DNA of 64,000 bases from the human T2T-CHM13v2.0 reference genome, Homo sapiens, in the NCBI RefSeq assembly GCF_009914755.1, contig NC_060928.1, one strand, 5' to 3'. How positions within the stretch are numbered: the stretch's first letter is position 1; each line of letters starts with the position of its first letter. The notes under the pieces were generated by a model. It saw nothing but the letters and a program-made list of their open reading frames with translations. It searched no databases and was not told the DNA's origin. Below, one piece after another: positions 19,750 to 35,523 of the stretch. Made by a program: the position numbers and the translations under genes.

Positions 19750-20748
19750 AGATAATGTTTAAATTAGAAGGTCACATGCATAAATATGATATCTTGGACA
19801 TTGATGAGACCACATAGAAAAACTATATAAAAAGAAAAGAGGAAAAGGCCCAGGTCTAAGTCCTGAGTGATATTTGGTATTTAGAAGTTAGGAAAAGAAG
19901 AATGGAATATGGAAGACAAGAAAGGAAGAAGCAGTGAGGGAAGAAGAAAACCAGTTGGTGCCTCAGAATTAGAAAAAAAAGACAAGTGTTTCAATAAGAG
20001 AGTGATCATTGGTGTCAAAAGCTGGAAAGATCTTGAATACGATGCAGACAGAAACGTTCACTGGATTTGGTTAATACACTTAGTCAGATAAACCCCAGCA
20101 ATTTCACCAGTTACGGTCGTTTTCATACTCCAGAGATGAAGGATAACATTTACTAGCCTACGTAATATTCTAGGTCTTGAATGTAGATATCAGTATTGAT
20201 TTACTTTGAACTTCTACTTTAAAATCAAGAAATTAAGTCTCTTCTGAAATTCAAAGATATTATCATTTCTTAACAGTCATCAATAGTTTTCATGACATCT
20301 CATTTGAAGCAATAACTAATTTATATTGCATTAGCTAATTTAATAAATGGTTTCTGAAAGACTATATGCAAGGATAGGTCCCAGTCATAAAGAGCTAATA
20401 CCTGCTTTGAAGGAACTTACAATTAATTTAATAAAAAAGACAGAAATGTTGTACAAATTAAAATGGCATAAGTGCCAAAGTAAAACTGGAAAATCTGGAA
20501 AAAAATCATAGGTTCTTGAAAGATGAAATTTCAATAGGCAAAGATAAGGACATGGTAAGTTAAGGGATAGGATGGACACAGATATAGCAACGTGAAGTCA
20601 AGAGCACATTGAGAGGTAAGTAAATTTGTCCGGATGAAGTGAGATATTTTGGCAGGTGAGAGTGGAAAGAAAATTCATAATTGAAACATGAAGTGTCTTG
20701 GATGCTTTGCTAAACTTTAGGAGTAAAATAAACATAAGAAATGTTATG

Positions 20749-21051
20749 GGCTGGGTGCAATGGCTTATTATCTGTAATCCCAGAACTTTGGGAGGCCAAG
20801 GCTGGAAGATGGCTTGAGCCCGGAAGTTGAAGACCAGCCTGGGAAACTCAGGGCAATGCTGTCTCTACAAAAAATTTTAAAAATTATCCAGCTATGGTGA
20901 CATGTGCCTGCAGTCCCAGCTACTCAGTAGGCTGAGGCAGGAGGATCACTTGAGCCCAGGAAGTCAAGGTTGCAGTGAGTTGTGATGGTGCCACTGTACT
21001 GCAGCCTGGGCAACAGAGTGAGACTCTGCCTCCAAAAAAAGAAAAAAAAAG
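20749..21051 (+). mobile_element. AluJ
   Basis: ggctgggtgcaatggc...gaggatcacttgagcccaggaag...poly(A). Confidence 0.87.
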
Positions 21052-21690
21052 AGAGAAATATTATGGAAGTGGAATTGATAGGGCTTATAAACAAACTGAA
21101 TAACAGCATGAAGAAAAAAGGCCAAGTCAAAGATGCTTATGAGCTCTCTAGGCTGTATAACTGAGACAATATTATAACTTAAAAAAAAAAAAAAAACAGA
21201 AAAAAAGGAAGAAGAACAAGAGGAGCAGAGTTTTCTAGTGAGAAGATGAAGATACTTTTGACTACACTGGTGTAAGTGACCTTAAGAGAATTACAAACAG
21301 GATTCTGGTTAAATAATTTATTATTATGCTTGTAGTTGAGGGTAGATATTTTGTTTTAGCTCCCTGGCAAACAGAACCTTATAGGTATTCAATAAATGTT
21401 TGCTGAGTAAATGACATTTTGATGTATCTAAATTAATGTTACTTCAGGAGAGCACCTAAACACCAATGTTGAGAACGTTTTTGGGAATACTTTAATTATG
21501 AACTTTTAGAACACTAGTACAATTTTTTTCTAACAACCAGAAAAATTTCTTGTCCCTAATAATTCTTTTCAATGTGCCATTCTCAGAGCCCCAGCTGGGT
21601 GCAGTATATGGCTAAGCAATTAATATGGGACAGCTAGAGTTTTAAAAATATATAGTCTATGAGAAGTTACAAATTTTTAAAAACATATTC

Positions 21691-22711
<1,021 letters not shown>

Positions 22712-23683
22712 AAAAACGTGTTCTTATTTTTAGGATAATACTACAAAACTTTTCTAAAATAAATGCTCTAAAACTTTTTATTTGCTCTCTAGTATTTATT
22801 GATATGGTTAGCTTTCTGGTTTCTTAATTTACCGTACATGGTTATACTCATTATTAAAAGCTTTTTAAATATGATGCTGTGAAAGGTGTTACAGAGAGCA
22901 ACTGCATAAATAGTTCTACTTATTACAGGGTAAAAACCACTGAGCAAACATACTTAATTGAATGGATGACTTCTTGGGGAATAAAAAAGCATTATAATGT
23001 AAAACTGTAGGTGAAAACCCTTCTCAAGTTCATTGATGTTAGAGACAAACGTTTTCAACTCTTTTCATTTCCTATTTGCTCTTTGCCAAGATTGGAATAG
23101 TAAGTAGTTAACCTGATTGGTGAGAACCTCATAGTTATTGAGCCATATCCTAGAATCAGTAGGTAGGTTTCTTTTGCCTCAAAAGTGAGAAATCCATTCC
23201 TCTGTCTGTTTTGCATTGTTTGGATGAGTAAACTCTCCTCTTTTCATTTGTTATTCTCAGTAGTAAACACATGTGGGTCAGGACCCCTCTAAAAGGCATC
23301 CATTTCTCTTCTCCAGCCTCTAGTGAACTCCAGTCTGCTCATGATAGTGTTTTTGAGGCAAGTCCTTCCTCATAGTTAACTGCGTACTCAAAGTCTGCTC
23401 TGAAGGATCAGCTTTCCAGACAGGAGGAGACACGATCTATGGAGAAGCCTTATGTTTACTCCATTTTTCCAAGGAGATCTTACTTGGGGGAAGCACTGGC
23501 CCTCCACTAATGGAACTATGTTCATCCCCACTTGGCTCCTTAGTGTCTGTTCTCTACTGACTATAACCCAGAAGGAATGTGGATATTATTGTATTTTTAA
23601 TAGGCTTTATTTTTTAGAGCAGTTTTAGGCTCACAGCAAAATTGAGCAGAGATTACAGAGAGATCTCAAAAATCCCCGCTCTC

Positions 23684-24634
23684 TACAACCTACAGAATGG
23701 GAGAAAATTTTTGCAATCTATCCATCTGATAAAGGTCTAATATCCAGAGTCCACAAGGAAGTTAAACAAATTTACAAGAAAAAAAACAAACAACCCCATT
23801 AAAAAGTGGGTAAAGGACATGAGCAGACACTTCTCGAAAGAAGACATTTATGCAGCCAGCAAACGTATGAAAAAAAGCTCAACCTCACTGATCATTAGAG
23901 AAATGCAAATCAAAACCACAATGATTTACCATCTTATGCCAGTCAGAATGGTGATTATTAAAAAGTCAAAAAACAACAAATGCTGGTGATGTTCAGAGAA
24001 AAAGAAACACTTTTACACTGTTGGTGGGAATTTACATTAGTTCAACCATTGTAGAAGACAGTGTGGCAATTCCTCAAAGATCCAGGAGCAGAAATACCAT
24101 TTGACCCAGCAATCCCATTACTGGGTATATACCCAAAGGAATATAAATCATTCTATTATGAAGACACATGCACATGGATGTTCACTGCAGCACTATTCAC
24201 AATAAAAAAGATGTGGAATCAACATAAATGCCCATCAATGATAGACTGCATAAAGAAAATGTGGTACATATACCATGGATACTATGCAGCCATAAAAAGG
24301 AATGAGATCGTGTCCTTTGCAGGGACATGGATGGAGCTGGAAGCTGTTATCTTCAGCAAACTAATGCAGAAACAGAAAACCAAATAACACATGTTTTCAC
24401 TTATATGTGGGAGCTGACTGATGAGAACACATGGGGGGAACAACACACACTGGGGCTTGTTGAGGGGGTTGAGGGACGGAGAGCATTAGGAAGAATAGCT
24501 AATGGATGTTGAGCTTAATACCTAGGTGATGGATTGATCTGTGCAGCAAACCACCATCGCACATGTTTACCCATGTAACAAACCTGCACATCCTGCATAT
24601 GTACCCTGGAACTTAAAATAAAAGTTGATGAAAA
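23684..24634 (+). mobile_element. 5'-truncated L1PA (about PA8) nested in the old L1M
   Basis: ORF2 C-terminal peptide at 24061-24387, then 3'UTR and poly(A); TSD aaaaatccccgctc / aaaaatcccggctc. Confidence 0.9.
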
Positions 24635-27600
24635 AAAAATCCCGGCTCCCACACACTTCCTCTATGACCAACATTCCACACCAGAGTGGTCCATTTGTTA
24701 GAATTGATAAACCTATATTAACACATCATGGTCACCCAAAGTTCAGAGTTTACATTAGGTTCCCTCTTGGGTTTGTATGTTCTATGGCTTTTAACAAATG
24801 TATAATGACATATTTCCATCATTATAATATCATACAAAATAGTTTCACTGCCCTAAAAATCCTCTGGGCTCTGCCTGCTCATCCCTCCCTCCTCTCAATT
24901 CCTGACAACCACTGATCTTTTTACTGTGTCCATAGTTTTGCCCCTGTTAGAATGTCATATAGTTGGACTCGCACAGAATGTAGCTATTTCAGATTGGCTT
25001 CTTTCACTTAGAAACATGCATTTAAGTTTACTCCAAGTTGTCTCATTGCTTGATAGGTCATTTCTTTTCAGTATTGAATAATATTCCACTTTCTAGATGT
25101 ACCACAGTTTATTTATTCACTCACCTAATGAAAGACATTTTGATTGCTTCTGAATTTTGATAATTATCAATAAGGTTGCCATAAACATCCATGTTTATGT
25201 GCAGGTTTTTGTGCGGACTTAAGTTTTCAGCTCATTTGGGTAAATATCAAGGAGTGTAATTGCTGGATTGTATGGTAAGTCTTTTTATTTTTGCAAGAAA
25301 CTGCCAAACTATCATCCAAAGGGGCTGTACAGTTTGTACAACTCCCACCTGCAATGAATGAAAGTTCCTGTTGCTCCGTACCCTTGCCAAGATTTAGTGG
25401 TGTCAGTGTTTTGGATTATGGCCATCCTAATAGGTGTGTAGTGGTCTCTCACTGTTGTGTTAATTTACAATTACCTAATGACCTATCATGTTGAGCATCT
25501 TTTCATAAGCTTACTTGCCATCTGTATATCTTATTTCGTGAGGTTCCTGTTGCAGTGTTGTGTTCATTTTTTAATCTGGTTGTTTGTTTTCTTTTTGGTG
25601 AAGTTTTAGAGTTCTTTTTATATTTTGATAACAGTCTTTATCAAATATGTCCTTTGCAAATATTTTCTTCCAATCTGTTGCTTGTCTTTTCATTCTCTTG
25701 AAAGTGTATTCCACAGAGCATAGATTTTTTTCCCTTCTCTTTCACAGAAGGGAACAGCATGGAAGAACATACATTTTAATGTTAAGGAAATCAAGTTTAT
25801 CTATTATTTCTTTCATGGAGTGTGCCTTTGATATTATATCTAAAACTCATTACCATACCAAAGGTCATCTAGATTTTCTATGTTACCATCTACATTTATA
25901 GATCTGTGTTTTACATTCAAGTCTATGATATGTTTCGAGGTAATTTTGTGGAAAGTTTTAAGGTCTATGTATAGATTCCTTTTTTTTTTTGCATCCATGT
26001 GGAGGTCCATATGTTTTGTCATGATGTATAGTTGAAAAGATTATGTTTGCTCCATTGTATTGCCTTTATTCCTTTGTCAAAGATCAGTTGACAATATTTT
26101 TGTGGGTCTATTTCTGGACTCTATTCTGTTTGATTGATCTCTTTGTCTAGTCTTTTACCAATACCACATTGTCCTGATTATCGTAGCTTTACAGTAAGTC
26201 TTGAAGTTGGGTAATGTCAGTTCTCTGATTTTGTTTCTCTCTTTCAATGTCGAGTTGGCTTTTCTGGGTCTTTTGCCTGCCCAAACAAATTTTTAAATAA
26301 ATTTGTTCATATCCACAAAATAACTTTCAGGAATTTTGATTGGGATTGCATTGAATCAAGTTAGGAAGTACTGACATCTGACAATACTAGTCTTTCATGA
26401 ACATAAAATATTTCTCAATTTATTTAGTTCTTTTATTTATTTCATCAGAGTTTTATAGTTATTACTCAAATAGATCTTGTATATATTTTTGTTAGACATA
26501 TATCTAAGATGTTAATTTTTGTGGTGCTAATGTAAATGGTGCTGTTTTTAATTTCAAATTCCATTTGTTCACTGTGGCACATAGGAAAACAATTGACTTT
26601 TGTATATTAATCTTGTACCTGCCATCTTACTCACTTAGTAGTTGTTCCAGGAGTTTTTTTTACATGATTCTTTTAGAATTTTTACCGATACAATCATCTT
26701 ATCTGTAAACAAAGACAAATTTATTTCTTCCTTCCTAACCTGTATACCTTTTATTTACTTTCCTTGTCATAATTCATTAGTTGGACTTCCAGTACAATGT
26801 TGAAAAGAAGTGGTAAGAGGAGGCATCCTTACCTTGTTACTGATCTAGAAGAAAAGCTTCTAGTTTTTCACCAATGAGTACAATGTTACCTGCAGGATTT
26901 TAGTAGATAGTTTTTATGCAGTTGAGGAAGTTTCCACTCTATTCTAGCTTGCTGATAGTTTTTAATTTTTAATCATGATTGGGCATTGGATTTTGTCAGA
27001 TACCTTTCTGCATCTACTGATATGATCATGTGATTTTTCTTCCTTAGCCTGTTGATGTGATGGATTACATTACTTAATTTTTGAATGATGAACTAATCTC
27101 ATATATCTGGGATAAATCCCACTTGGTCATGGTCATGGTGTATCCTTTTTATATGCTGTTTAATTCAATTTGTTAATACTTTGTTAAGAATTTTTGCATC
27201 TATGTGCATGAGAGATATTGGTCTGTAGATATTGGTTCTATAATGTTTTTGCCAGATTTTGATATTAGGAATGCTGACCTTATAGAATAAATTGGAAAGT
27301 ATTCCTTCTGCTTATGTCTTCTAGAAATAGCTGAGAAAATTGTATAATTTCATCCTTAAATGTTTTGTAGAATTTATCAGCGAATCCACCTGGGCCCAGT
27401 ACATTCTGTTTTGGAAAGAAACACTGATTCAATTTCTTTAATAGTTATAGGCCTATTCATATTATCCACTTCCTCTTGTGAGTTTTGGCAGATTGTGTCT
27501 TTCAAGGAATTGGTCCTTTTTATCTAGGTTATTGAATTTGTGGGCATAAAGTTGTTCATAGTATTACTTTATTATCCTTTTAATGCCCATGGGATCTGTA

Positions 27601-27989
27601 GCAATGTCTTCTCTTTTATTTCTGATATAAGTAATGTGTGTCTTCTCTCATATTTTTCTTAGTTAGTTTGGCTAAAGGCTTATCAATTGTGTTGATCTTT
27701 TCAAAGAACCAGGTTTTTGTTTCATTGAATTTATTGATTTCCTGTTTTTAATTGTATTGATATCTACTCTAAATTATATTACTTTTTTTCTTCTGCTTAC
27801 TTTGAACTCAATTAGCTCTTTTCTTTCTAGCTTCCTGAGGTGGAAGCTTAATTTATTCATTTTAGATCTTTCTTTTTTTCTATTAAGAAATATTATCAAA
27901 TGCTATAAGTTTCCTTCTACTCATTGCTTTTGCTGCATCCCATAAATTTTGATAAGTAGTATTTTCATTTTGTTCAAAGTACTTGTATT

Positions 27990-28294
27990 TTTTATTATTT
28001 TATTTTATTTTATTGAGACAGAGTCTCACTCTGTCACCCACACTGAAATACAGTGGTGTGATCTTGGCTCATTATAGCCTCTGCCTCCTGGGGTAAGCAA
28101 TCTTCCCACCTCAGCCTCCCAAGTAGCTGAGACTACAGGCATGCGTCACCACACTCAGCTAATTTTTATATTTCTTTGTAGAGACAGGGCTTCATCATGT
28201 TGCCAGGCTGGTCTCAAACTCCTGAGCTCAAGTAATCTGCCTGCCTCGGCCTAGCAGAGTACTGGGATTACAGGTGTGAGCCAACATGTCTGGC
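27990..28294 (-). mobile_element. AluJ
   Basis: (TTTTA)n tail followed by dimeric Alu. Confidence 0.85.
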
Positions 28295-28741
28295 TGTTCA
28301 AAGTATTTTTACCTTTCTCTTGAGAGTTCTTTGATTTGGTGTTATCTAGAAGTGTGTTGTTTAATCTTTAAGTATTTCGGGATGTTAAAGCTGTTTTTCT
28401 GTTACTGATTTTTAGTTAAAATTCATTGTGGTCTGAGAGCAGAGATTGCATCCTTTCAAATTTATTAAGGTATGTTTTATGGCTCAGGATATAGTCTGTC
28501 TTGGTGAATGTTCCATATTAGCCGGAGCAGAATTTGTATTTTGCTCTTTTGGGATGAAGTAGTCTATAAATGTCAATTATATCCAGTTGACTGATGATAC
28601 TGTTGAGTTCAACTATGTCTTTATTGAATTTTTGCCTGCTGTCTCTGTCCATTTCGGATAGACAGGTGTTAAAGTTCCAACTAGAAAAATGAAAGTTATC
28701 TCTTTCTCCTTATAGTTTTGCCAGTTTTTAACTCATGTGTT

Positions 28742-28859
28742 CTTTTTTTAAGAAAAAGGGTCTGGCTATGTTCCCCAGGCTGGCCTCCTGGGCTTAAGCA
28801 ATCCTCCTATTCAGCCTCCAGAGTAGCTGGGACTACAGATGCATACCAATGAGCCTGGC
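28742..28859 (-). mobile_element. FLAM/Alu monomer fragment
   Basis: gggtctggctatgttccccaggctggcc...gtagctgggactacag. Confidence 0.7.
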
Positions 28860-29399
28860 TTGACTCACGTATTTTAATATTCTTTTGTTAGGCACAAATA
28901 CATTAAGGATTGTCATGTCTTTTTGAAAAATTAACCCTTTTATTATTATGTAATGCTCCACTTTATTCCTGATAACACTCATTGCTGGAAGTCTGCTGTC
29001 TGAAATTAATATAGCTAATTTAACTTTCTTTTTATTAGTGTTAGAATGGAATATCATTCTCCATCTCTTTCCTTAATCAATATGTATCTTGTAAAAAACA
29101 CATAGTTCGGTCTTATTTTTGACCCACTCTAGCAATCTCTGTATTTTACCTAGTGTATTTAGACCATTGACATTTAAAGTGATTATTGATATATTTGGGT
29201 TAATATCAATCATGCTTGTTCCTCTTTGCTATTCATTGCCCTTCTTTGTTCCTACTTTTGTCTTCCATTCTTTTCCTGCCTTTTGTGGTTTTAATTGAGC
29301 ATTTTATATGATTCAATTTTCTGTTAGCATATCAATTATACTTCTTTATAAATTTTTGTAATGGTTGCCTGAGAGCTTACAACATGCGTTTACAACTAA

Positions 29400-29719
<320 letters not shown>

Positions 29720-31184
29720 TAATACTATATGGCTTTATAGGTAGAGCAAACACTTTATAATAATATTTCTAATTCCTCCCTCCCATTTCTTGTATTATTG
29801 CTCTCATTCATTTCCCTTAAACATAAGCTATAGTCATAAATACATTATTGCTATTATTAATTTGAACAAATTGTTATCTATTAGATAAATTAAGAATTTA
29901 AAAAATTTTATCTTTGTGTATTTCCTTTCGAATATTCTTCCTTTTTTACATAGATGTGAGTTTCTGATCTACATCATTTTCCTTCTCTCTGAAGACCATC
30001 TTTTAACATCTCTTGCAAGCCAAGTCAACTGGCACAAAAGTTCTTCAATTTTTGTTTATCTGTGAAAGTCTTTGTTTCTCCTTCACTTTTCAAGGACAGT
30101 TTCACAGGATACAGAATTCTAAGGCTGGTGTTGTTTTTTTTTTTTCTCTCTCTCTCAACATTTTAAATATTTCATGCCACTCTATTCTTGCTTCCATGGT
30201 TTCTGATGAGAAGTTGGATGTAATTCTTACCTTTGCTCTTTTATGGGTAGTTTTACCTCTGTCTTCTTTCAAGATTTTTTCTTTATCTTTGACTTTTCTG
30301 AAGTTTGAATATGATATGCCTAGGTGTAGTCTGTTTGGACATTTACCCTGTTTGGTCTTTTCTGGGCTTCCAGAATCTGTGACTTGGTGCTTGACATTCA
30401 TTTGTGGAAATTCCTAGTCATTATGGCTTCAATTATGTCTTCTATTCCTTTCTGTCTTCCTTTTCCTTTTGATATTCCCATTTCATGTATGTTACACCTT
30501 TTGTAGTGACCCCACAATTCTTGGATATTCTGTTTCATTGTTGTTCAGTATTTTTTTCTCTTTGCTTTTCAGTTTTAGAAGTTTCTACTGGCATATTCTC
30601 AAGCCCGGAGATTCTTTCTCAGCTTTGTCCAGCCTACTAATAAGCCCATCAAAGGCATTCTTCATTTGTTACAGTGTTTTTGATATCTGGCATCTCTTTC
30701 TTACAATTTTCATCCTGTTTATAATACTCATCTGTTCTTACATGTTTTCTATTTTTTTCCATTAGAGATCTTAGCATATTTAACATAACTTTTAAATTCA
30801 CAGTCTGATAATTCCAATATACCCTCCATATATGAGTCTGGTTCTGATGTTTGCTCCATTTCTTTAAACTGTGTTTTTTGCCTTTTAATACACGTTGTAA
30901 ATTTTAGTTGAAAGATAAACATGATGTACTGAGTAAAAGGACCTGTGGTAAGTAAGACTTTAGTAATGTGGTGATAAGGTGTGTGTGTTGGGGGTGGGGA
31001 GAAAATTCTATAGTTCTATCACTAGATCTCAGTCTTTTAGTAGGCCTGTGCCTCTGAGCTGTGAATGTCAAAAAATGCTTTTCTGGTTTTTTTCACTCCC
31101 TTAGTTGGTGCAGGATGGTTAGAGGAGGCCAGAGTTGGATATTTTCCTTCAACTATGTGGAAGGCTAGAGGAGGCTGACTAGAG

Positions 31185-31983
31185 TTGGGAACAGAACTTC
31201 TCCATTAAAATCTTACTATCAGTTTTTATGAAGTTAGCAGTCTTGGAAGTTTAGATCAAAAATAACATCCCAGAGACTTCCAGTTTCCATTTCTACATGT
31301 AAGGATATTAGAAGTCATCACTCTGTCCTAAAAACAAATAAAAAGCTGAAGAAACTGAAAAATCAACAACTCTTCTTAGATCCATCAGATCTAAGTTGGT
31401 TAGGCTCTGATAAAAACATGTGTAGGTTAGGCTCTGATAAAAAATTTTTTTTTTGGGGGCAGACTTTGTAAGAAGAACAGAATACTGTGGTATATTTCAC
31501 AATGGTTACCCTCCTCTTTCCTTGATACTTTCCCTCTCCTCCTGCTGGTTGGCTGCAGAAGGTAAAACTTAAAAAAGTGTGGGCCTCTCCCATCCCATAA
31601 TTGGGGACCTCCTCGACTTTTCCACACAGAGCTTTAGCCAAGTTTTAAATTACAATTCAGGTTTTTGTACCCTGCTCCTGGTTCCCAAAGAGGTTTTCAT
31701 TCCTGTAAGTTATGATTCTCTGAATCTGTCTAATCACTCCTATTTTTTGGGCAGCAGTTTGCCCTGTGACTCACTTCTCTGATGGATTTAAGAAGAATTG
31801 TTGATTTTTCAGTTTCTTCAGCTTTTTATTTGTTTTTAGGACAGAGTGATGACTTCTAATCTCCTTACGTGTAGAACTGGAAACTGGAAGTCTCTGGGAT
31901 ATTATTTTTGAACCTTAAATTTCCAAGACTGCTAACTTCATAAAACTGATAATAAAATTTTAATGGAGAAGTTCTGTCCCCAA
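31185..31983. repeat. Inverted repeat: arms 31185-31389 and 31778-31983, spacer 388 bp
   Basis: Manual alignment of the left arm to the reverse complement of the right arm gives about 14 differences in ~205 bp. Confidence 0.93.
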
Positions 31984-33680
31984 GATTACTTAAAAATCAT
32001 AGTTGGACATACAAGAAAACTTTAATTCATTTAAAGAAAAAAAGCTTCATAAAAATATATTAGCATTTTTGTTAAAAGTAGGCTGAAAAGAAACAAAAAG
32101 GAATAATATCTTAAGCTCTAAATCTACTGTCCTAGACTATCCATTTATTTGGGATGAAGCAAGCCATTCCCCAAATGAGGTATGCAAACAGTATGATATT
32201 AAATGTGATGAGACTGATTTCTGTGTGCATTTGAGAGTTTAGATTTCTTATTTAAATTTAACTTGTACACATGTGGTATTGGTGAATTAACTATTATTTA
32301 TAGAAAAACATGTTGTTCTATTTCCTTTTATTATCCAAACTCTATGCAGTTTTAAGAAATTATTTTGTTGTTTCATTCTGCTTACACATGGTTGTACATT
32401 ACTTATTCCATGATGCGGCAGAGTGGGATTACTAACAGTGGCATGTTCTAAGCATACCCAGAGATTGAGATTCTATACTTTGTGTATAAAGGAAACAGTG
32501 TGAATGTAGGGAGTGTGTTGAGAGAGAGGGACAAACAGAGAGAGATTGATTTCAAAAAAGAGAGTGCAAGAATATGCACCCCTAAATAGAAACACAGAAA
32601 ATCTCCTTTTCCTATAAATGTCTCCAAAACTGCAAAATCAAAAATGAAAGAAAACAAAGGGGGAAATGAGTTATATCTAAACCTGCAGTTTTAGTTCTGA
32701 TGTTCTAGAACTCCTCAATTAGTTCCTGAGCAAACTGTAGTCCACACTCAGTGAATAATTTTGGTAAATAATACATTTCCCTCTCTTCCACAGACCCTGG
32801 CCCTACTCCTAATAACTGCTTTGTAGAAATGGCCTACTAAATAGACCAAGTCATGGGAACATATGTATATTTACAAAGGAGTCCAATCACTTACACTGGC
32901 AGATGAGGACTATTCAAGTTCACAGAAAACTTTGATTCAAGGCCATCAATATACTGACGTAAATTAAAAAGCAACCTTTACTAATGAAAAAAAATCAATG
33001 AATAAAATTTGCTTCAAAAGTTTAAAGTTAGCAAGCAGCAAATAAGAAAATAAAAATTTAAAACTTCAATTACTTGTGCTTCATCATTTTTAATCAATTT
33101 TTTGTTCTCTATAGGGAACAAAATTCTATATACTTCTGGAAGCCAAAATCTCTTTCTCTCATAGGTTTAATCAAACAGAATATTTAGAAAAACATACACA
33201 AGAAAATCTCTTTATAAGTATTTGCTGACAACAACACTATGCTTTAAAATTGTAGTGGGAAAGCAAGTGTTATACAACTTTTTACAAGGTTGCTGCTGTT
33301 TTAAAACTTAGGGCCCAATTTTAATAAGAAACATAATTATTTCCAAAATTATAATGTTCTTTCTAGCTAACTTAAAACTAAATGTCAAAGTAGGTTTTAA
33401 ATAAAATCCTTTAATCAATGATGTTTCTAATCCCAAAAATTTAACATAAAAAAGTATGACAAATATTAAAACATACACCTCCTAGGCAATATTTTGTTTT
33501 TGTTTTTATCTTTGAAAGATTCAAGAAAATATTTCCTCTTTGTTCACATATTGCTTGTAACAAAGCTGATCATCTGATCTGGAGTATATTGATTAAGTAG
33601 TGTCTTTGTTGTCTCATGTTTTAATATTTATCAAACATATTTCTCATCTTCTCTTCATTTACATTTTTTGTTTCACATAC

Positions 33681-33822
33681 CATTTGTAATAATTACATTC
33701 AATACTCCTCTTAGAGGACAAGAAATGTATGTCTCCTTTTTTGTCTGTGGTTTTATTTCTTCTGTATCTGATAAGACAGTTTTAGTTTCTTCATGTGCAG
33801 TATTATTAGGATCAATGAGACT
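33681..33822 (-). CDS. SLC9B1: SLC9B1 coding exon 3 (142 nt): SLIDPNNTAHEETKTVLSDTEEIKPQTKKETYISCPLRGVLNVIITN(G)
   Basis: Minus strand reads ttttcttgttttactacag|AGT CTC ATT GAT...ATT ACA AAT G|gtatgt; continues exon 2 in frame with no stop. Confidence 0.96.
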
Positions 33823-35523
33823 CTGTAGTAAAACAAGAAAATCTTTAAGGAACCATACTTTCTGTATAATTTTATGAATGAACTAAACCACCAAATTTTA
33901 GAATTAAATTTATATTATTACTGTCAATGCGAGGAATCACAGATAGAAAAGAAGATTCATGCTCCATATCAGTAGCTGTTTGGGGATGTAACAGCAGTGT
34001 ATTTTGCAAGGTACCTTGATTGAACCTTTTATAGACTTGGGTCCCCACTATTTTCAATCATTTGTGTATACTGAATAAAGGTGCCTACAGTTTGGGCACA
34101 ATAATTAAAAGTGTCCATCCTCTGTATACATCCCAAAGATTATTCACCAAAACTTTTGTGAAATGAAAATACAACTCAATTAGAAAGGAGGTGAAATATA
34201 ATTTTACTTGGATTCATCTCATTTGATAAATTTATATAACTGAAAGAAAAATGAGAAAAACATAGGTCAAGCCTTCGGAAATTCAAGCATGCTTCCACTA
34301 ATATTTATAGATAACATATTAAATAGTGCAAGGGTATACCTTAATCTCCCAGGCCTTTTAATGGTAGCCTGATTATGAAACTGCTGATTTTGAAAAAAAG
34401 GAATCTTTGGTTTGTGAGAATATTGAGAAACTTCTTCCAATGTAAAAAACAAAACATAAACAATGATAACAACAACAAAACACCAGAGTAGAGTTAACTC
34501 TGCAATAGAAATCTCCAAATTTGCCTTATGATTGTCATGGGTGGGTGGGTGTGGGGGTGTGTGTGCCAGCAATTTGAGTGACTTGATAATACTTTGAGTG
34601 AGTGAAAGAGGGAACATCTTATCATCACAGGAAACAATAAAAAGGCTAGAGTGCATGGACACATTGAGGAAGGGAATTTTACATGTAATGACTAAGGAGA
34701 CAGAGATATCAAGGCAGCTGATGGTTAAAAATGAATTATGTAGCTCTTTAAGATCAAAGTTCTTCAAATCTGATCATAATTAACCTATTGGAGTTCTGGT
34801 ATAGAGGCAGGCTTTTTCTGAAAATTCTGTTACTATATAAAAGGGATAAAGACACAATGGTGAATTTTTATTAAGGTGGGTGAAAGGTCATGTAGAGTAA
34901 AACCATATTATTTTAAGTTTTATTATTTTAGAATTTGTAATAAACTGATGTAGACTAAGATGACTTCTTCACAGATAATTAGAATCAATGGTGAATATTT
35001 AAAATATTTTTAAAAATGACTTTTTGACCCTTAAGAACTGTAGAAATCTCTATTTTAAAAAAATACGAAATTTACAATTCTAATTATGAGCAATTATTAC
35101 TAAGTAAAACTAGATCAACAAAAGGTCTAACGACTTGCTCTATATATCTATAAAAATAAAAAACTTGGGTCTCTTCAAAACACACAGCACAACATTTTAA
35201 TTAATCTAGACTTATCTTTACCTCTGTTAGTTTAAGTTACTGAGTTTTCCCTGAATGTGGTGAGAAATAATAAGCGACATTTCTTCTTATTCCTAAAATC
35301 TGTGCTCTTTAGCTCCAAAATGCTCTATAGTCACACCTTTCCATTTGTTTCATTATTTCTGCTCATTTCCTAGGACCCATTACAACTAGCTATTTTAAAA
35401 TTTACCACTTTTCATTTTTAACCAGATATATAAAAGAAACCTATCTAATAAGTAAATTAGGAATAAATTTTAAGATCAGGTTGATTTTATATCATATATT
35501 ACAGTATACTTTTAAGTTTTTAC

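Noticed and set aside
20090-20170. Possible extra SLC9B1 exon in a short unique, CpG-containing patch
   Set aside because: No convincing acceptor/donor pair and no match to the recalled SLC9B1 protein after residue 71.
34267-34767. 166-aa minus-strand ORF in SLC9B1 intron 2
   Set aside because: No recognisable homology, composition typical of AT-rich non-coding DNA, and exons 2 and 3 already join in frame without it.
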